Below are positions 30,975 to 40,502 of a DNA stretch of 64,000 nt, in pieces. The stretch is from an uncultured Chloroflexia bacterium (GTDB lineage Bacteria; Chloroflexota; Dehalococcoidia; DSTF01; JACRBR01): positions 72,421-136,420 of the forward strand of contig CAVUOT010000009.1 of the NCBI GenBank assembly GCA_963743185.1. Reading direction: 5' to 3'. The translations under genes and the position numbers were made by a program. Under the pieces are notes generated by a model. It did no database searches and had not been told where the DNA came from. It saw only the letters and a list, made by a program, of their open reading frames with translations. How positions within the stretch are numbered: position 1 is the first letter of the stretch; each line of letters opens with the position of its first letter.

Positions 30975-33026
30975 ATGATCGCGCCTCTGATCGTCCTTGG
31001 CGTCGTGCTCTTCTTCCTGCTCGTGCTGGTCCTGTTCGGCGGCATGCTCGCGAACGTGGGCGGGCAGCAGGTGGGGCTGATCGAGCGGCGGTACTTCGGG
31101 AAACCGTTGCCGGAGAGCCGCGTCGTCGCGATGCGCGGCGAGATCGGCGTGCAGGCGCGCGTGTTGCAGCCCGGTCTGCACTTTCTGCCGCCGTTCATCT
31201 ACAAGGTGACGAAAGACGACATGCTCGTCGTCGCCGAGAACGAAGTGGGCCTCATCGAATCCATCGACGGGCGGCCACTGGACCCGGGGCACATCTTCGG
31301 CCGCCGCGTCGAGGCGCACGACAGCTTCCAGGACGGCGAAGGATTTCTGCGCAACGGCGGGCAAAAGGGGCCGCAGGTCGATATCCTCGCCCCGGGCAAG
31401 TATCGCATCAACACGTATCTCTTCCGCGTGCAGACGCAGCCGGCGCTGATCGTGGCGCAGGGGCAGGTGGGCGTCGTGAACGCGCGCGATGGCGAGCCGA
31501 TCAAGCCGGGCAGGCTGCTGGCGCAGCAGGTCGAGGGCCACCAGGCGTTCCAGGACGGTGAAGCGTTCGTGGCGAAGGGCGGCCAGCGCGGCCCGCAGAT
31601 CGAAGTGATCCTGCCGGGGCGCTATCGCATCAACACCGACCTGTTCAACGTGGAGGTGCAGCCGGCGACGATCGTGCAGGCGAACCAGGTGGGGCTGGTA
31701 ACGGCGAAGGACGGCTCGCCGCTGCCCGCGGGCGAGCTTGTGGCCGCCAGCGTGGCGGGCCACGGCGACTTCCAGGACGCGTCGGCGTTCCTTGCGAACG
31801 GCGGGCAGCGCGGGCCGCAGTACGACTTGCTGAAGCCCGGCACGTATTACGTCAACCCGCTGATGTTCGACGTGAAGCTCGATAACGTCGCGATCGTCCA
31901 GCGTGGCGAGGTGGCGGTGCTCGTCTCGAACGTCGGCAAGGAGCCGGAGGACATCCCGCAGGCGGACCGGCTCGCCGGCAAGGAGCGGTACGTCGTGCCG
32001 GCGGGCTATCGCGGCATCCAGGCGGAGGTCGCGGGACCGGGCGTGTACTACCTCAACCGCTGGGCGTACATCGCCTACATCATCCCGACGACCAACCTGA
32101 CGATCGACTGGGCGGATGAAGGGGGCACGGCGTCGGCCGACGATGCAGACGCCACGACGAACGCGAGCGGCGGCCAACGGCGCGCGCAACTCTTCAACCC
32201 GCTGAGCGTGATCAGCCGCGAAGGGTTCGAGATGCGCGTCGGCGTCAAGGTCGTGATCCGCGTGCGGCCGGAGCAGGCGCCGCTCATGGTGGCGAAGATC
32301 GGCTCGATCGAGAACCTGATCGACCACGTCGTGCACCCGATGATCGATTCGTCGTTCCGCAACCAGGCGTCGTCGTCCGAGGCGATGAACTTCATGCAGG
32401 ACCGCGCCGACGAGCAGGCGAAGGCCGAGGCGCGCACGCGCGAAGAGTTGGAGAAGTACCACGTCGAGTGCGTGTCGGTGCTGATTTCCCAGATCATACT
32501 GCCACAGGAGTTGATGGAGATTCACACGCGGCGCGTCATCGCCGCGCAGCAACAGGACATGTTCGTCGAGCAGCAGCGGTCGGAGGCGAAACGCGTCGAC
32601 ACGGAGAACACGCGGGCAAAGGCGGACAAGCAGCCCGAGCTCGTGGCGGCGCAGATCTCGGTGCAGGTCGCCGAGCAGACGAAGCAGCGGACGATCCTCG
32701 AAGCGGAGGGGCGCGCCCGCGCGATCGAGGTGGAGGGCGCGGCCGAGGGCGAGAAGATCCTGGCGATCGGCACGGCGACCGCCGCGGCGTACGAGAAGCA
32801 GGTCGCGGCCGTCGGTCAGGCGAACCTGGCCGGCATCGAGGTGACGAAGTCGATCGCGGCCGCAGGCTTGAAGATTACGCCCGAGATCCAGGTGTCGGGC
32901 GACGGCAGCGGCGGCGGCAACGTCTTCTCGGCGTTCATCGCCCAGCTGCTGGCGAACAACCGGGCCGCCGCGGCGCCGCCGAACGGGAGCGCGAGCGGCG
33001 GCGCGTCGCCGACCGGTCAGCCATAA
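30975..33026 (+). CDS. SPFH/band-7 flotillin-like protein (YqiK-like) with three internal repeats of about 47 aa
   Basis: N-terminal TM segment (IVLGVVLFFLLVLVLFGGML) followed by three repeats [FQDGEaFlxxGGQRGPQxxxLxPGxYRINTxLFxVxxQPAxIV], then a coiled-coil region rich in EAK/AEQ. 683 aa. Confidence 0.75.
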   Translation: MIAPLIVLGVVLFFLLVLVLFGGMLANVGGQQVGLIERRYFGKPLPESRVVAMRGEIGVQARVLQPGLHFLPPFIYKVTKDDMLVVAENEVGLIESIDGRPLDPGHIFGRRVEAHDSFQDGEGFLRNGGQKGPQVDILAPGKYRINTYLFRVQTQPALIVAQGQVGVVNARDGEPIKPGRLLAQQVEGHQAFQDGEAFVAKGGQRGPQIEVILPGRYRINTDLFNVEVQPATIVQANQVGLVTAKDGSPLPAGELVAASVAGHGDFQDASAFLANGGQRGPQYDLLKPGTYYVNPLMFDVKLDNVAIVQRGEVAVLVSNVGKEPEDIPQADRLAGKERYVVPAGYRGIQAEVAGPGVYYLNRWAYIAYIIPTTNLTIDWADEGGTASADDADATTNASGGQRRAQLFNPLSVISREGFEMRVGVKVVIRVRPEQAPLMVAKIGSIENLIDHVVHPMIDSSFRNQASSSEAMNFMQDRADEQAKAEARTREELEKYHVECVSVLISQIILPQELMEIHTRRVIAAQQQDMFVEQQRSEAKRVDTENTRAKADKQPELVAAQISVQVAEQTKQRTILEAEGRARAIEVEGAAEGEKILAIGTATAAAYEKQVAAVGQANLAGIEVTKSIAAAGLKITPEIQVSGDGSGGGNVFSAFIAQLLANNRAAAAPPNGSASGGASPTGQP

Positions 33027-33035
33027 CGCACGCCA

Positions 33036-34343
33036 TCAGCAGCCGCGCCCGCCGCTGAGGCCTCCGATCGGGTCGAAGCCGCCGCCTGACGTCGGTACAC
33101 AGGGCGTCGGCGTCGCAGGCGCCGGGGGCGGCGGCGCGGGCGGTGCCGGCGGCGCCGTCGGCACGGCCGCCGACGGTGGCGTTGGCGTCGTCGCAGCCGG
33201 GTTGCCGGCCAACGCGGTCGCGGTCCCCTGCAGCGACTCGCAAATGGCCTCAACGATGCCAACGACGACCTCGCCGCCGCCAAATGGATCGAAGTTGCTC
33301 TGGTCCGGCGTCGGAACGGGCGTGCGGCACGCGTCTAGCCACGCGGACATCGTCGGATCGAATCCCGGCGGCACGTTCGACGGCGCGACGGTGGCCGTAG
33401 CGGCAGCGCCGTACGTGAAGCTCGCGTTGCGCGTGATGTAGTCGTCGAGCGAGCAGTCGATCTCGTAGGTGCCGTTCTTCGGCGCGTAGCCGGCATCGAA
33501 CATGAACGTAGCGATGCCCGCCGCGTCGCTCACGGACTGCGTTGACGCGTCGGCGCTTGCCGGGCCGACGTACTTGCAGCGCAGCGACAGTGTCGCGCCC
33601 TTCGGGTTGTCGTACTGCAACGCGATCATCAGCTGCTTGCGATCGCCCTCCGCGACATCGATGCGGCCGATGGGCACGCCGATGCGGGCGGCGTCGAACG
33701 CGCTTGGCGCGTCCGTCTGGCCCGCCATGTCGCGCGCGCCGGCGTCGATCGCCGCGGCGAGCGTCGCCGCCTGCGCGTCGGTGACCGGCTGGCCGTGCTC
33801 TCGAAGATACGTGGCGATGGCGCTTGCGCGCGCGATGAGTTTCTCGGTCTTCTGCAGGGCCTTCTCGAGCTTCTCCACGTAATCCCAGCCCTTGGCAATG
33901 CCCGGGAACACCTTGTCGAGCACCTGCTTGATCGCCTTGCCGTAGAATTCGGCTCCGTTCGTGACGAGGCCGGCGCCCTGCTCGCGCGCGGTCTGGATGT
34001 TGCGCAGGTCGAAGAACTGGAAGAAGTCGGAATCGTTCTGGAGATGAACGCGGATCTGCGCCGCTTCGTTGTCGAAGTCTCCGCGGTCGAGCATCTCGAC
34101 GAACGTTGCGGAGTCCGCCGCGTTCAGCGCGAGACCTCGTTCTTGCTGAACGACGCGGAAGGCTGCTTGCTGTTGCTGGATCGTCATGCGCCCGAACGCC
34201 AGCGCGAGGTCCTGCCGCGCCTTCTTCGCGCTGTCGCGCGCCTTGATCGGGTCCTGGATCTTGTTCTTCAGGTAATCGTAGAGGCCGAACGACGGCCCGG
34301 CACCGGGTGCCGCGACCGACGACTGCGAACCGAGAGCGCTCAC
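33036..34343 (-). CDS. hypothetical protein with Pro/Ala/Thr-rich C-terminal tail; may be the C-terminal part of the upstream gene if frameshifted
   Basis: 435-aa ORF of normal composition with no recognisable domain. It stays open upstream in frame (…YLTSLDAFTNGFTKQLFDPSIQIDADHAELLHRALDNID…) up to about 34460, adjacent to the stop of ORF 34471..35580. Confidence 0.45.
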   Translation of the reverse strand: MSALGSQSSVAAPGAGPSFGLYDYLKNKIQDPIKARDSAKKARQDLALAFGRMTIQQQQAAFRVVQQERGLALNAADSATFVEMLDRGDFDNEAAQIRVHLQNDSDFFQFFDLRNIQTAREQGAGLVTNGAEFYGKAIKQVLDKVFPGIAKGWDYVEKLEKALQKTEKLIARASAIATYLREHGQPVTDAQAATLAAAIDAGARDMAGQTDAPSAFDAARIGVPIGRIDVAEGDRKQLMIALQYDNPKGATLSLRCKYVGPASADASTQSVSDAAGIATFMFDAGYAPKNGTYEIDCSLDDYITRNASFTYGAAATATVAPSNVPPGFDPTMSAWLDACRTPVPTPDQSNFDPFGGGEVVVGIVEAICESLQGTATALAGNPAATTPTPPSAAVPTAPPAPPAPPPPAPATPTPCVPTSGGGFDPIGGLSGGRGC

Positions 34344-34470
34344 CGCGTCGACCGCACCCGGCGCCGCGGCATCGATATTGTCGAGCGCGCGATGCAGGAG
34401 TTCGGCGTGGTCGGCGTCGATCTGGATCGACGGATCGAACAGCTGCTTCGTGAAGCCGTTCGTGAACGCG

Positions 34471-35580
34471 TCAAGCGAGGTCAGGTAGCGCGCTCTGATA
34501 CGTCACGAAGTAGTCGAGCAGGCTGGTGAAGGCCGTACGCTGGTCGTCGAGCGTGCCGGGCACGCGCTCGGTTGCCTGATCGAGGCGCAGGGCGTTGTTG
34601 CCATCGGCGGCGATCGCGTCGGGGCTGCGGCGTGCGCCCGACCCCTGATCGAACGTGATGAGATACCAGCGACCGGCCGGGACGCCGACGAGTCCGTCGT
34701 CGTTGCCATCCGCATCGAAGACACCGGCGGGCAGCGCCCCGGCGCCGGCCGCGTTGATGGCGATCGCGACCACCGAGCCTGACTCGGGCGTCTCGACCCC
34801 GGACGCGGGCGGCGCGCCGGAGGCGACGAACGCGGTGCCGGTCGTGTCGAGGCGGCCGCTGATGCCGCGCGCGATCGCCGCCGCGGCGGTCGCCTGGAGT
34901 GCCGCGTCGTGCTCGCGCAGGCGCACGGTGACAACCGCGCTGCCTTTGCGGAAGACGACGAAGACGACGTGCCGGGCGGTGCCGGAGGTCGCGGTCGCTT
35001 CGTACGCCCGCGACTCATCGCCGATGACGGAGACATCGATGCGCTTCATCGATGAGCCGATCAGCGTCGTGCTGAAGGTGTTGCTCTCGATCGCCTGCGC
35101 GCCGCTCTGAAACGCGCTCACCGCGGCGGTCTGACTGTCGTAGATCGAGACGCTGCACTCGATGATGCTCACCCCGGAGTCGAGCTGGCGATACCAGCTT
35201 CCCAGGCGCCCGACAGCGGAATCAAAGTCACCGGTGCCTGTGTCGGACAGGCGGAACGAGCCGAATCCGGTCGCGTCGGCCTCGCTGCAGGTGGCGAACT
35301 GGGCCGTCGTTGTAGCAGCGCTGTCACCGGAGCCGCCACGCTGCGTCAGCACGATGGCGGCCGCGCCGACCGCAACGATCGCGACCGCCAGGCAAGCGAT
35401 GACGACCGCCGCGCGACGGCGAGAGCGGGAGCGCTTCGGAGCGGCATCGACGGATGGCGCGGTAGCGTCGGTCGATGGCGCGGGGACATCGGCAGCGAGC
35501 ACTGCGCCGCACTGGCCGCAGAAGCGCTCGGTGGCCGGATTCTCGTGGCGGCATTGCGCGCAGGTGATGTGATCAGGCAT
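34471..35580 (-). CDS. zinc-ribbon membrane protein (N-terminal CxxC-x12-CxxC, one TM helix, extracytoplasmic domain)
   Basis: MPDHITCAQCRHENPATERFCGQCG, then RRRAAVVIACLAVAIVAVGAAAIVL, then a 280-aa domain. 369 aa. Confidence 0.6.
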   Translation of the reverse strand: MPDHITCAQCRHENPATERFCGQCGAVLAADVPAPSTDATAPSVDAAPKRSRSRRRAAVVIACLAVAIVAVGAAAIVLTQRGGSGDSAATTTAQFATCSEADATGFGSFRLSDTGTGDFDSAVGRLGSWYRQLDSGVSIIECSVSIYDSQTAAVSAFQSGAQAIESNTFSTTLIGSSMKRIDVSVIGDESRAYEATATSGTARHVVFVVFRKGSAVVTVRLREHDAALQATAAAAIARGISGRLDTTGTAFVASGAPPASGVETPESGSVVAIAINAAGAGALPAGVFDADGNDDGLVGVPAGRWYLITFDQGSGARRSPDAIAADGNNALRLDQATERVPGTLDDQRTAFTSLLDYFVTYQSALPDLA

Positions 35581-35834
35581 GGCTTCCCTCTCGACGGCGA
35601 GCGCCGGTCAGGCGAGACCGCCGTCCGCACGCACTCGGAGGAGTATCGTCTGCGCGCGAAGGTCAGGAGGTGAACGCGGCGACCGAAGGTGGAATACGTG
35701 GGGTAGCACCCAGCGCAGCACCGGGAGGAAGATTGGCCGCGTTCACCGTGGCGCGTTATGCAAACGTCTCGCCCCCGGTGAAGCGCTTCCTTATAATGAC
35801 GGCACCCCAGCACGTATCGAGGGATCGAGCCCGC

Positions 35835-37644
35835 ATGCCGACGGAAGTCCTCTACCGCAAATGGCGCCCGCAGCGCTTCTCCGACGTATCGGGCCAGAAC
35901 GTCGTCACTCGCACGCTGATCAACGCGCTGGCGTCGCACAAGGTGTCGCACGCGTACCTGTTCTCCGGGCCGCGCGGCACGGGGAAAACCACCACGGCGC
36001 GGCTGCTGGCGAAGGCCGTCAACTGCGAGGAGAACGCGGCCGACGCGAAGAAGAGCCCCGGCGAGCCGTGCGGCGCCTGCGCCTCGTGCAAGGCGTTCGG
36101 CGAAGGGAGCGCGCTCGACCTCGTCGAGCTCGACGGCGCGAGCAACCGCGGCATCGACGACATCCGCGATCTGCGGGAGAACGCGAACTACATGCCGATG
36201 GGCGGCGCTGCGGCGCACAAGGTGTACCTCATCGACGAGGTGCACATGCTCACGGAGCCGGCGTTCAACGCGCTCTTGAAGATCCTCGAGGAGCCGCCCC
36301 CGCACATCATCTTCATTCTGGCGACGACGGATACGCACAAGGTACCCGCGACGATCGTATCGCGGTGCCAGCGGTTCGAATTCAAGCGTATCCCGCTCTC
36401 AGCGATGGCGGACCGGCTGGCGTACATCGCGTCCCAGGAGGGCATCGACGTGCCGCGCGAAGGGCTGGAGATCATCGCGCGGAGCGCGACGGGCAGCCTG
36501 CGCGACGCGATCAACTTCCTGGAGCAGATCTGCGACTCGTACGGGAAGCAGGCGTCGCTGGAGGCCGTGCGCGAAGGGTTGGGGCTGGTCGCGGACGAAC
36601 GGGCGACGCAACTGGCGCTGCAGGCGCTGCGCCGCGATTTCGCGGGCGGGCTGGCGACGATCGGTGCGGTGCGCGACGACGGCCTGGACCTGCGGCAGTT
36701 CCAGAAAGAAGTGGTGATGCGGCTGCGCGAGCTGCTGCTGGTGCAGTCGGGCGCGGAAACCGGGGGGCAGTGGACGCCCGAGCAGATCGCGGAGATGCGC
36801 ACGAGCATCGAGGGCGTGGCCCACGAGGACCTGGTACGGGCGCTGCGCGCGTTCGGGCTCGCGGACCTGCGCGCCGATCCGCTTTCGCCGCTGCCGCTCG
36901 AGCTCGCGCTCGCCGACGCGACGACGGCGGCTGCCGCCCCGCAAGACACGCGCCCCGCGGCGCCGCGGCCGTCCGCGCCTCCGCCGGCGAGGTCGCAGCC
37001 CGTGGCACGCGAACGGCCCGCACCGCCCCCGCCTCGCGCGCCGGCGCCCCCGGCGGCGCCCCCGGGCGATCGCGTGCCGGCGGATCTCCGGAAGGATCTC
37101 AGCAACGCATCAGCTGAAGACATCGCGCGCATGCTGGGGAGCAAGGCGCCGGTGATCCCGCCCGCCCCGGACGAGCCGGAGCCGGAAGCGGCGCCCGCAG
37201 CGCCCACCGCCCCCGCGGCCGTCGCGAACGGCAACGGCGGCGAGCCGCATCACACGATCGAGCCGCTGCCGGGCGTCGGCGCAGAGCGACGGCGGCGCGG
37301 ACCTGTCGACGGTGGTGACGCGGCTGCGGCAACTGGTACGCCCGCGCCCGCAGGTCGGCGTCAGGCTCGATGCGCTGCTGAACGGCACGTGCGAGGCCGT
37401 GTCGTGGCAGGACGGCGTGCTCACGCTGGGGTTCTACGCGGACACGTACAACAAGAAGACCGTCGAAGAGGGCGCGAACCGCAGGATCTACGAAGAGCTG
37501 GCGGCGCAGATCCTCGGGGCGCCGGTATCGATCCGGTGTATCATTGCGCCGAAACCGGCGCGGCCGATGAGCAAGAGCCCGCTGGTGCAACACGCCGTGC
37601 AGACGCACGGCGCGAAGATCGTACGTGAGAATCAGGAGTCCTGA
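35835..37644 (+). CDS. dnaX: DNA polymerase III subunit gamma/tau, apparent frameshift near 37270-37290
   Basis: [21 protein letters not shown]...GPRGTGKTT...CGACASC...IDEVHMLT is in frame 0. The conserved tau C-terminal domain ([58 protein letters not shown]...) is in the frame of ORF 37312..37644. Confidence 0.85.
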
Positions 37645-37646
37645 CG

Positions 37647-37967
37647 ATGGCGATGAACCGCGACATGTTGGCGAAGATCGCGCAGATGGGCGCGCAACTG
37701 CAGAAGGCGCAGGCGGACCTCGCCGAGAAGCGCGTCGAGGGGACGTCCGGCGGTGGCGCGGTGCACGTGGTGCTCACCGGCGGCATGAAAGTGGACTCGC
37801 TGAAGATCGACAAGGAAGTGATCGATCCGGACGACGTCGAGATGCTGGAGGATCTGCTGACCGCGGCGCTCAACGAGGTGCTGGGCAAGGTGCAGTCGCT
37901 CCAGATGGGGCAGCTTGCGGGCCTCGCGGGCAGTCTCGGGCTGGGGAACGTCCCGGGGTTGCAGTAG
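37647..37967 (+). CDS. ybaB: nucleoid-associated protein YbaB/EbfC
   Basis: 106-aa ORF ([43 protein letters not shown]) in the canonical dnaX-ybaB-recR order. Confidence 0.85.
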   Translation: MAMNRDMLAKIAQMGAQLQKAQADLAEKRVEGTSGGGAVHVVLTGGMKVDSLKIDKEVIDPDDVEMLEDLLTAALNEVLGKVQSLQMGQLAGLAGSLGLGNVPGLQ

Positions 37968-37987
37968 CGGATGAGTTCCGACTCCCC

Positions 37988-38599
37988 ATGACCGAACCGC
38001 TTGGCGCTGCGCCTGCTCCTGTCGCGAACCTGATCGACGCGTTCCACAGGCTGCCCGGCATCGGGCCGAAGAGCGCGCAGCGGCTGACCTATCACATGCT
38101 GCGGATCCCTCCGGAAGAAGCGCTGGCGCTCGCGCAGGCGATCATCGAGCTGAAAGAGAAGACCGTCCTCTGCTCGGTGTGCCAGAACGTCACCGAGAGC
38201 GACCCCTGCAACGTGTGCCGCGACGAGTCGCGCGACCGGACGCTGATCTGCGTGGTCGAGGAGCCGCTGGACATCCTGGCGGTGGAGCGCACGAACGGGT
38301 TCCACGGGCTCTATCACGTGCTGCACGGCGTCATCTCGCCGATGGACGGCGTCGGGCCGGACGACCTGAAGGTCCACGAGCTGCTGGCGCGGCTGCGCGG
38401 CGGCGCCGTGACCGAAGTGATCATGGCGACGAACCCGAACCTCGAGGGCGAGGCGACGTCGATGTACATCAGCCGGCTGTTGACGCCGATGGGGATCCGC
38501 GTGACGCGGCTGGCGCGTGGCCTGCCCATGGGCAGCGACCTGGAGTACGCGGACGAAGTGACGCTGTCGCGCGCGCTCGAGAACCGGCAGGACGTGTGA
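37988..38599 (+). CDS. recR: recombination protein RecR
   Basis: [19 protein letters not shown] (HhH), C4 zinc finger [16 protein letters not shown], and Toprim [12 protein letters not shown]. Confidence 0.9.
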   Translation: MTEPLGAAPAPVANLIDAFHRLPGIGPKSAQRLTYHMLRIPPEEALALAQAIIELKEKTVLCSVCQNVTESDPCNVCRDESRDRTLICVVEEPLDILAVERTNGFHGLYHVLHGVISPMDGVGPDDLKVHELLARLRGGAVTEVIMATNPNLEGEATSMYISRLLTPMGIRVTRLARGLPMGSDLEYADEVTLSRALENRQDV

Positions 38600-38663
38600 G
38601 GTTGTCGCGTAGGCCGTCGCTCTGGTCTTCGGCGTTCGGGCGGCAGGTGATGGGGAGAGACCG

Positions 38664-39902
38664 ATGACGATGACTTCCGCTTCCGAACGCACCGCGCGTC
38701 TGCTGGCGCTCGCCGGCGAGCTGTCCGACGACTTCGCGACGCGCGCCGACGAGCACGACCAGCAGAACACCTTCCCGTTCGAGAACTTCGAGAAGCTGAA
38801 GGAGACGAACTACATCGCGTTGCCCGTCCCCGAGGAGCTGGGCGGCCTGGGCGGCACGCTGCTGGACTTCGCGATCTGCCAGGAGCGCCTCGCCCAGGGC
38901 TGCGGCTCGACCGCGCTCGCCATCAACATGCACCTCTTCGCGCTCGGCTCGATGATGGAGACGATGGCGACGCCCGGCGCCGCGGCCGCGCCGGCCGGCC
39001 AGTCCGACGCGATGGCGAAGCTCATGGTGAGCATGCTCGTGCAGCAGAAGCTGATCATCGGCGGCGGCTTCACCGAGGCGGAGATCGGCGGCAACTGGGG
39101 CTTCCCGACGACGACGGCGGTGCGGCAGGAGCACGACGGCGTCAAGGGCTTCGTGCTGAACGGCCGCAAGACGTTCACCTCGCTTTCGCCGATCATCAAC
39201 CTCTTCTCGGTCAACACGTCGACGACGGACGAGGACGGCAAGCCCGTGATCGGGCTGTTCGTCGTGCCGCGCGGCACGCCGGGCATCGAGATCGTCGAGA
39301 CGTGGGACACGATGTCGATGCGCGCGACCGCCAGCCACGACATGGTGATCAAGGACTGCTGGGTGCCGGAGCAGGCGTGCGTGGGATTGCGCGCGCCGGG
39401 CGATACGGACGTCGGCGCGAACGTCATCCTCGCGTGGTTCTGCTGCAGCGTCGGCGCGATCTACCTGGGCGTCGCGACGGCCGCGCGTAACTTCGCGGTC
39501 GAGTGGGCGCGCACGCGAAAGCCCGTGCTGTTCGAGCGGCCGATCGGCCACTTCCCCGGCGTGCAGTTCCGCGTCGCCGACATGGAGGTCGAGCTGACGG
39601 CCGCCCGCGCGCTCGTGCACCAGACCGCGCGCGAGTGGATGGCCGGCGGCCTGCGCGAGCGCAACGACCTCGCCCGCATCGTGATGACGAAGTACCACGC
39701 GACGAACGCGGCCGTGCGCATCGTCGACCAGGCGATGACCATCGTCGGCGCGCCCGGCATCTTCCGCCGCCACCCCATGCAGCGCTACTACCGCGACGTG
39801 CGCCCCGGCCCCTTCCACCCGATGACGAACGACGTCGCGCTCGAGCTGATCGGCAAGACCGCCCTCGGCATCCCGATGGAGTTTGAGCCGCGCTGGGCGT
39901 GA
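38664..39902 (+). CDS. acyl-CoA dehydrogenase family protein
   Basis: 412-aa ORF with the ACAD fold (N-terminal helices, middle beta domain GFVLNGRKTFTS, C-terminal helices). Confidence 0.8.
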   Translation: MTMTSASERTARLLALAGELSDDFATRADEHDQQNTFPFENFEKLKETNYIALPVPEELGGLGGTLLDFAICQERLAQGCGSTALAINMHLFALGSMMETMATPGAAAAPAGQSDAMAKLMVSMLVQQKLIIGGGFTEAEIGGNWGFPTTTAVRQEHDGVKGFVLNGRKTFTSLSPIINLFSVNTSTTDEDGKPVIGLFVVPRGTPGIEIVETWDTMSMRATASHDMVIKDCWVPEQACVGLRAPGDTDVGANVILAWFCCSVGAIYLGVATAARNFAVEWARTRKPVLFERPIGHFPGVQFRVADMEVELTAARALVHQTAREWMAGGLRERNDLARIVMTKYHATNAAVRIVDQAMTIVGAPGIFRRHPMQRYYRDVRPGPFHPMTNDVALELIGKTALGIPMEFEPRWA

Positions 39903-39945
39903 ACAGGGGCACGTTGCAGCCGTAAGGCTGGCGGCGGCTCGAGCG

Positions 39946-39972
39946 ATGGAGCGCAGGCGCCCTCGCCTGCAT
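39946..39972. repeat. REP-like palindromic element (GGAGCGCAGGCGCCCTCGCCTGC), same family as the array at 56150-56330
   Basis: Identical 23-mer containing the inverted repeat GCAGGCG/CGCCTGC. Confidence 0.6.
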
Positions 39973-40502
39973 GCGTGGTGCCACCGCGGCAGCGAACCTC
40001 TACTCCACTCCCTCACGTCCAAACGCCAACGTTAACCCCCCGATAACACGCGTTCATCCGACGATAATCCAGCCCGCCTAGTATGCGCACGTGAGCGATG
40101 ACGTACGGCTGGAGCGGGTGAGCAAGCGGACCTACCGGGTCCGCGGCGCTCGGCGCTTCGCTCAGGACCCGGCGCAGCGGTGCGCTCCAGCGGCACCGCC
40201 GGCATCCCGACTCGCGATGCTCAGCCGCTTCGCGACGGGAACCCAGCGGCACGTAGTGTCGCGCAGAAACGCCGGTCCATAAGCCCTCCCTCGGCCCGCT
40301 GCGATGGCGGGCCAGTCCTCCCTCGAAGAGCCACGTGTGCCCGCGTGGCTCTTCCTCTCGTCAGGGAAATCCTGAATCCTCTATCACACCGCGTCTCGTA
40401 ACATCTTCGAAGCACGGTTCCGCCGCGGCACCGTACATACTGACAACAGACAAGAACCTGACCGGCTGACCAGCTGACAAGCTGATAGCTAAGAGGAATC
40501 CC

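Noticed and set aside
35640-35800. SRP (4.5S) RNA gene upstream of dnaX
   Set aside because: The domain-IV consensus could not be found on either strand; only flagged as a structured region.
35670-35834. N-terminal extension of DnaX from the ORF-track start at 35670 (MNAATEGG...)
   Set aside because: The canonical DnaX N-terminus ([15 protein letters not shown]) begins at 35835. The extension is an open GC-rich frame with no ribosome-binding-site spacing.
40091-40282. Small ORF 40091..40282 (VSDDVRLERVSKRTYRV...) in the htrA upstream region
   Set aside because: It has no ribosome-binding site, is Arg/Ala-rich, and has low complexity. More likely non-coding.
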